NCBI GenBank assembly: GCA_016777125.1
Contig: JADHSC010000006.1
Location: 7,915 to 71,914 of the forward strand
DNA length: 64,000 nt
Direction of reading: 5' to 3'
DNA from: Candidatus Poseidoniaceae archaeon
Lineage (GTDB): Archaea > Thermoplasmatota > Poseidoniia > Poseidoniales > Poseidoniaceae
Shown: one piece after another, positions 60,877-64,000 of the stretch
How positions within the stretch are numbered: the first letter of the stretch is position 1
How the letters are laid out: the number at the start of each line of letters is the position of its first letter
Notes under the pieces: generated by a model
Told to the model about the DNA's origin: nothing
Databases searched by the model: none
The model's input: only the letters and a program-made list of their open reading frames with translations
Program-made: the position numbers and the translations under genes

Positions 60877-61782
60877 CTAGAATTGGCCTGAGGTCAGTCG
60901 CTCATACATTGATGAATAAAGAGATGCAGTTTCATCGATGACACTTTGCGGTAAAGCAGGAATAGGAGGGTCAGTAGTACCTGCATCACGTGCAAGTTTC
61001 AACTCAGCCTGATGGCCGGAATTGATGTAATGTGTTCGAACGAATTCTTTTGATAACTCGATGCATTCACCGTTGGAGTATGCTTCAGCATCCCACCAAC
61101 GATCTTCATCAAGAGTACCAAATGTATCGACAAGAACTACCTTTCGACCTGGACCCAAGGCAAATTCTTTCTTTCCATCAACATGAATAAGTCCGTTCTT
61201 TGCTGCTTCCCTTTCTATAATTTCATCAACTTTGAGTGCAGCATGTACAATTGAATCAAATTCTTGCTCTGTGATGTTCGAAATTTCAAGAGCTTCTTGA
61301 CGATCGATGTTACGATCAAATGCTTCGAATTTAGTAGTGACCTCTACAAAGGGTTCTGATAGTTTAACCCCATATTCAGCATCTTGTGAAACTCCAAGAG
61401 ATTCTGCAGTGAGTTCACCACGTTGGAAACGACGCCAAGCCGAGCCAGAGAGATAGTGACGTACGATGAATTCTAAGGGTACAAAGACCCATTCAGCATC
61501 TCTTGAGATTGCTCCTGGTTCTTTGATCACATCGACTTTGCGAACGAGACAACGGTCAGGTCCATTCAATTCAACAAGATGAGTTCCACAAACACCTTCT
61601 TGTTCAACAAGCTTGAACCAATGAGCAGTTGTTCGGTTTAATGATTCACCTTTTCGAGGAATAAGTGATGGAATAATTTGATCGAATACTGAAATCTGAT
61701 TCGTGAATCTAAATTCTAAGATATCCGGATCGTCTGTCGACCAAACTTGCTTCACTTTACCTTGATAGAGCATTTCACCCAT
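60877..61782 (-). CDS. purC: SAICAR synthetase
   Basis: YQGKVK, ISVFD, KGESL, PLEFIVR.YL.GS, VDGKKEF, DEDRWW, SKEFVR. Confidence 0.93.
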   Translation of the reverse strand: MGEMLYQGKVKQVWSTDDPDILEFRFTNQISVFDQIIPSLIPRKGESLNRTTAHWFKLVEQEGVCGTHLVELNGPDRCLVRKVDVIKEPGAISRDAEWVFVPLEFIVRHYLSGSAWRRFQRGELTAESLGVSQDAEYGVKLSEPFVEVTTKFEAFDRNIDRQEALEISNITEQEFDSIVHAALKVDEIIEREAAKNGLIHVDGKKEFALGPGRKVVLVDTFGTLDEDRWWDAEAYSNGECIELSKEFVRTHYINSGHQAELKLARDAGTTDPPIPALPQSVIDETASLYSSMYERLTSGQF

Positions 61783-61830
61783 GAGTGACAACCCATTGGA
61801 GAGGCTCTTGAACATTCTTATTGAACAAAC

Positions 61831-62493
61831 TCAGATTAAACCAAGAGCGTCTTCAATCCGATTCAGTTCAGGACCAGTGGTTTCGCTTCCAGCGAGAGCA
61901 CCATTATTGGATGCACAAATACCTGCACCAACATAAGGAGAACCGAAAGAAACTGTACCGACCATAGGTGGAACAGCAAGAATTTCTTCAATCAAGAGAA
62001 CTTCATCAGGTGCTACATCTGGATGGAGGAGTACGCCTTGGCCATTGACTACGCCGAGACTGCCAACTACATCTTGACCACCAATCGTTGTAGGAATAAT
62101 ATCGACACCAAGAACTTCTGCCAGAATTTCTAAGCCATCTTTTGGAATACTAGGAGACGCAACACAACCTTGTTCGTTGACGAGTAACAGGTTTCCTGCA
62201 GTATTGACCCCACCTTCCATGACAACGACATCTCCGTAAGCGGTTAAGGCATCAATATCGGATTCTGTTGCAATATCAGCAACGGCCATTCCATTTGAAT
62301 TTCCTGCGAGAAGTGCGCCAATCAGATTAGATCCACCAATAGAGATGGGTGCAAGTTCAAGTTCGATGACTTGTTCAATCTTTTCAAGAGTTGGAGTTGG
62401 TAGTTCACGAGGATGGAACAAAACATTGCCCACAGAAGCAAGATGGATACCAATTTGATCGGACCCGAGAATGTCAAGGGTATCAATTGGCAT
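61831..62493 (-). CDS. eif6: Translation initiation/anti-association factor aIF6
   Basis: IGGSNLIG.L..GNSNG, GNLLLVN, VVGS..V.N..G.L.HP, GTV.FGSPYVGAG, TTGPELNRIEDALG. Confidence 0.92.
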   Translation of the reverse strand: MPIDTLDILGSDQIGIHLASVGNVLFHPRELPTPTLEKIEQVIELELAPISIGGSNLIGALLAGNSNGMAVADIATESDIDALTAYGDVVVMEGGVNTAGNLLLVNEQGCVASPSIPKDGLEILAEVLGVDIIPTTIGGQDVVGSLGVVNGQGVLLHPDVAPDEVLLIEEILAVPPMVGTVSFGSPYVGAGICASNNGALAGSETTGPELNRIEDALGLI

Positions 62494-62581
62494 ATGTAGC
62501 TCTCCGTGTGGGATTCTCAAAGGTGTTATTGGAACCTAGGAGTAGGAAAATGAGGATCGGAGATACCAAGAGGAAAGGAGA

Positions 62582-62703
62582 GGGGCACAGTGACCGCCGT
62601 TCCCGTGGACTCTCGTACCACAGTATTGGGACAGACGCAGGAGGGCTTGACTTCCGGGTTCGGGATGAGACCGGGTAAACTCCACCGCTATGACCGTGCA
62701 CCC
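62582..62703 (-). rRNA. rrf: 5S rRNA
   Basis: CGGTCATAGCGG, CCCGGTCTCATCCCGAACCCGGAAGTCAAG; terminal helix GCACGGT/ACTGTGC. Confidence 0.93.
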
Positions 62704-62799
62704 ATCTCCTTTCGAATCGGATATGGACGCGACTAATGTCGCATCGGTGAATTGGCATGAATTATTAGACGAAGGGCACTCGAGGTGCGGATACATAAT

Positions 62800-64000
<1,201 letters not shown>

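Overview
Gene-dense, mostly housekeeping 64 kb segment of an archaeal chromosome. Archaeal markers (Rpo7, Spt4, eS24, eS31/S27ae, aIF6, DTD2, geranylgeranyl reductase, archaeal AlaRS/ValRS, archaeal 5S/23S rRNA) sit beside bacterial-type genes (TopB-like topoisomerase, class 2 PyrD, MqnC, PepP) and large acidic surface proteins and proteases. This mix points to Marine Group II Euryarchaeota (Poseidoniales); the assignment is inferred, not searched. The window holds about 45 CDSs, tRNA-Thr(GGT), tRNA-Ser(GGA), a 5S rRNA and the 3' part of a 23S rRNA. I saw no CRISPR array, IS element or provirus. The most striking locus is 29.2-33.8 kb: DinB, a degenerate RadA-like protein, PolB2 and its small partner. 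Three of these end in PCNA-interaction-like motifs, and both flanking intergenic regions carry a near-match to the haloarchaeal UV-response motif TTTCACTTTCA, suggesting an inducible archaeal mutasome. Also notable: a structured ~108 nt leader before the rpo7-spt4-rps24e-rps27ae operon, a non-canonical TTCAWR TATA-like box 28-30 nt before many starts, a PNGase F-like lipoprotein, a membrane-anchored arrestin-like protein, a tandem V4R-like protein, and aIF6 directly behind 23S-5S. All family assignments come from motifs recognised by eye.
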